From NCBI GenBank assembly GCA_905178155.1, contig CAJINV010000009.1, positions 1,103,415 through 1,167,414 of the forward strand: DNA of 64,000 nucleotides, written 5' to 3'. Position numbers and translations under genes: made by a program. Under the pieces are notes generated by a model. That model made no database searches and had not been told where the DNA came from. It worked only from the letters and a program-made list of their open reading frames with translations. This DNA is from Amoebophrya sp. A120 (Eukaryota; Protista; Dinoflagellata). The first letter of the stretch is position 1. Every line of letters begins with the position of its first letter. Below, one piece after another: positions 62,153-64,000 of this stretch.

Positions 62153-64000
62153 TGTGGTGCAATCGACGTTTATTTGTATTTTCCTTTTCATACTAAGTTA
62201 AGTATTGCGCGGTGAAAATGAATAAGGTTCATTTATATCAGTAGGTTTAGACGTCGGCCTCGGCGTCGTCGCGCGTTCAGTACATAATCAACCTTATCCT
62301 GTTATTCTGGCTGAGACTATTGCTTCAAACAAGACGACTCTGGCCCCAATGCAACGAGCAAGGTCGCGCGCAAAGCTGTAAATATGGGTCGCGAGCTATC
62401 AGGATGGGTCGCGGCGTTGCATCGCAAAAAATTGGAGGCCACCAAGATTCTGCAACTGCGCCCAACTTGCTACTCCTTCAGCATCATCAACACATGATGT
62501 GTATGAATGTGTAAGGTGGAGGCTGCGGTAGCACCCACAAACACAAAATCCAAGTCCAACAATCGCATGATTCTCCATATTTGCTTTTGCATTTCTATCT
62601 TTATAGTATACCACTCGGATTGAGCTCCGTCATGAACATTCCACCAGCACTATCGCTTGGAAAGCCTTTCAATCCCTGTGCCCAAGCTTTGTATATCGTG
62701 CGGCACAAAAGAGCACGCGTACAAGTGATCTTGCGCCAAAAAGTACACAAAAGGACGAGGAGTTTTTCACGGCAGTTCCATTTTTCCGACGTATTACGGA
62801 GAGTACTGGCGTGAAAAACTGCTCACCGTGGCCGCAATTCCGATGCGGTTTCGGATTCGATTGGGTCCCGGGGCGGCGCTCCATCATGCATACATTTGCA
62901 GCGAGGAACAAAACTTCCTTGGGTTACAATACGCCGCGTACAGCGAAGATATAGCGCAGGACCCGAAAAAAGAATCAAGGGGATGTTCTTCCCGCGCAGT
63001 ACAAGATCAGCGCACATGGCTCACTTTTTTGCTGGCGAGCGCGACTATTTCTATGAACGGAAAAAGAAGTTTGCGGCAAGGGCAGAAATGCTTTCCATGC
63101 GATAGGTGGTATCGTGTGTAATTTTCGCTCAGACCTCTTGTCAACCTCTGATGGTCGAACAAATATGAAACAAATGTCATGCTTGTTCCAGGACAGGCTG
63201 CTCGCGGAACCGAAAAACAGGCCGCTAGACGGGACACATGCACAGCAACGCACGACAAGATGGTGAGTGCGAAATTACGTGTGATAAACCGCGTTCAATT
63301 TCTCCTGGCCATCTGAAAACTGATACCCCCGCCCAGCTACGGCTATCTGAAATTCTATCGCCTTGATCTTTGGGTACCCTACATGCCAAAATTATCGCCT
63401 TGAAAAATGTGCTACCCATACCAAGCCAGTGAGCCGATGAATATTCCTATAATTGACTTTGTGAGTCTTCATCGCGATGACTTGCGATCCGCATCGGATT
63501 TTCATTTTCCTTTTTCGCTTTCGTTACGATATAATTATAATACTCCGAATACAATTATCAGGGGGACACCAGTAAGTAAGACCGTCAGGCGGCCGTCCGC
63601 AGAGTGACAGGAAAGTGTCAGTCTACACCTACAGGCATAGATATTACAATGATGATGATGTTGGCAGTGTGCTCAAAGAAAATAGAATGAACTATTTTTA
63701 GCTATGATCGCTCCGTGATCATGCTCATGCATGTTCTCACTACCCCCCGGGGTATTTGTGCTTGCAGGGCGCTGCAATATGGGTAGCCTCAAGAAGAGCA
63801 GCCGTTTCCTTGCATGGCTTCATGATAAGCGGCAACGCGCTGCAAATTCCTAGCATCAAGGTCGTGATCCCCAGGACTTTTCTGCTCTATGCACAGAAAG
63901 TTTTGAGTTGCGTCCACGGGGACATTCCAGGGGCATCACACAGGGTGACCCTGCCACATACGAAGGCATGTGAAACTTACAGTGTGGAACAAGGCTCTAC

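Overview
This is eukaryotic, gene-dense DNA with short introns (mostly about 100-400 bp). About 18 intron-containing genes lie on the minus strand in one unidirectional array. The gene layout, low-complexity proteins, GC-AG introns and introns bounded by inverted repeats suggest a parasitic dinoflagellate (Syndiniales, Amoebophrya-like); this is inference. Recognisable genes are a cyclin Y/PHO80-type cyclin, a NEMP/TMEM194-like protein, RSPH9, a KATNIP/DUF4457 protein, an LRR-coiled-coil protein, a polycystin-2-like channel, cyclophilin, 60S acidic ribosomal protein P2, a CREST-like membrane protein, a PAN/Apple-like secreted protein and a divergent Bax-inhibitor-1 protein. The main signal is a set of MITE-like elements that interrupt coding sequence and appear to be removable only as non-canonical introns. 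Elements 34330-34580 and 44454-44759 have long terminal inverted repeats (TIRs) and perfect 5-bp target-site duplications (TSDs). Element 52446-52665 has a shorter TIR, and 61589/61598-61873 is a probable decayed case. The first three share TAT(C/T)A...T(G/A)ATA termini. All gene models were spliced by hand from sequence alone and need RNA confirmation.
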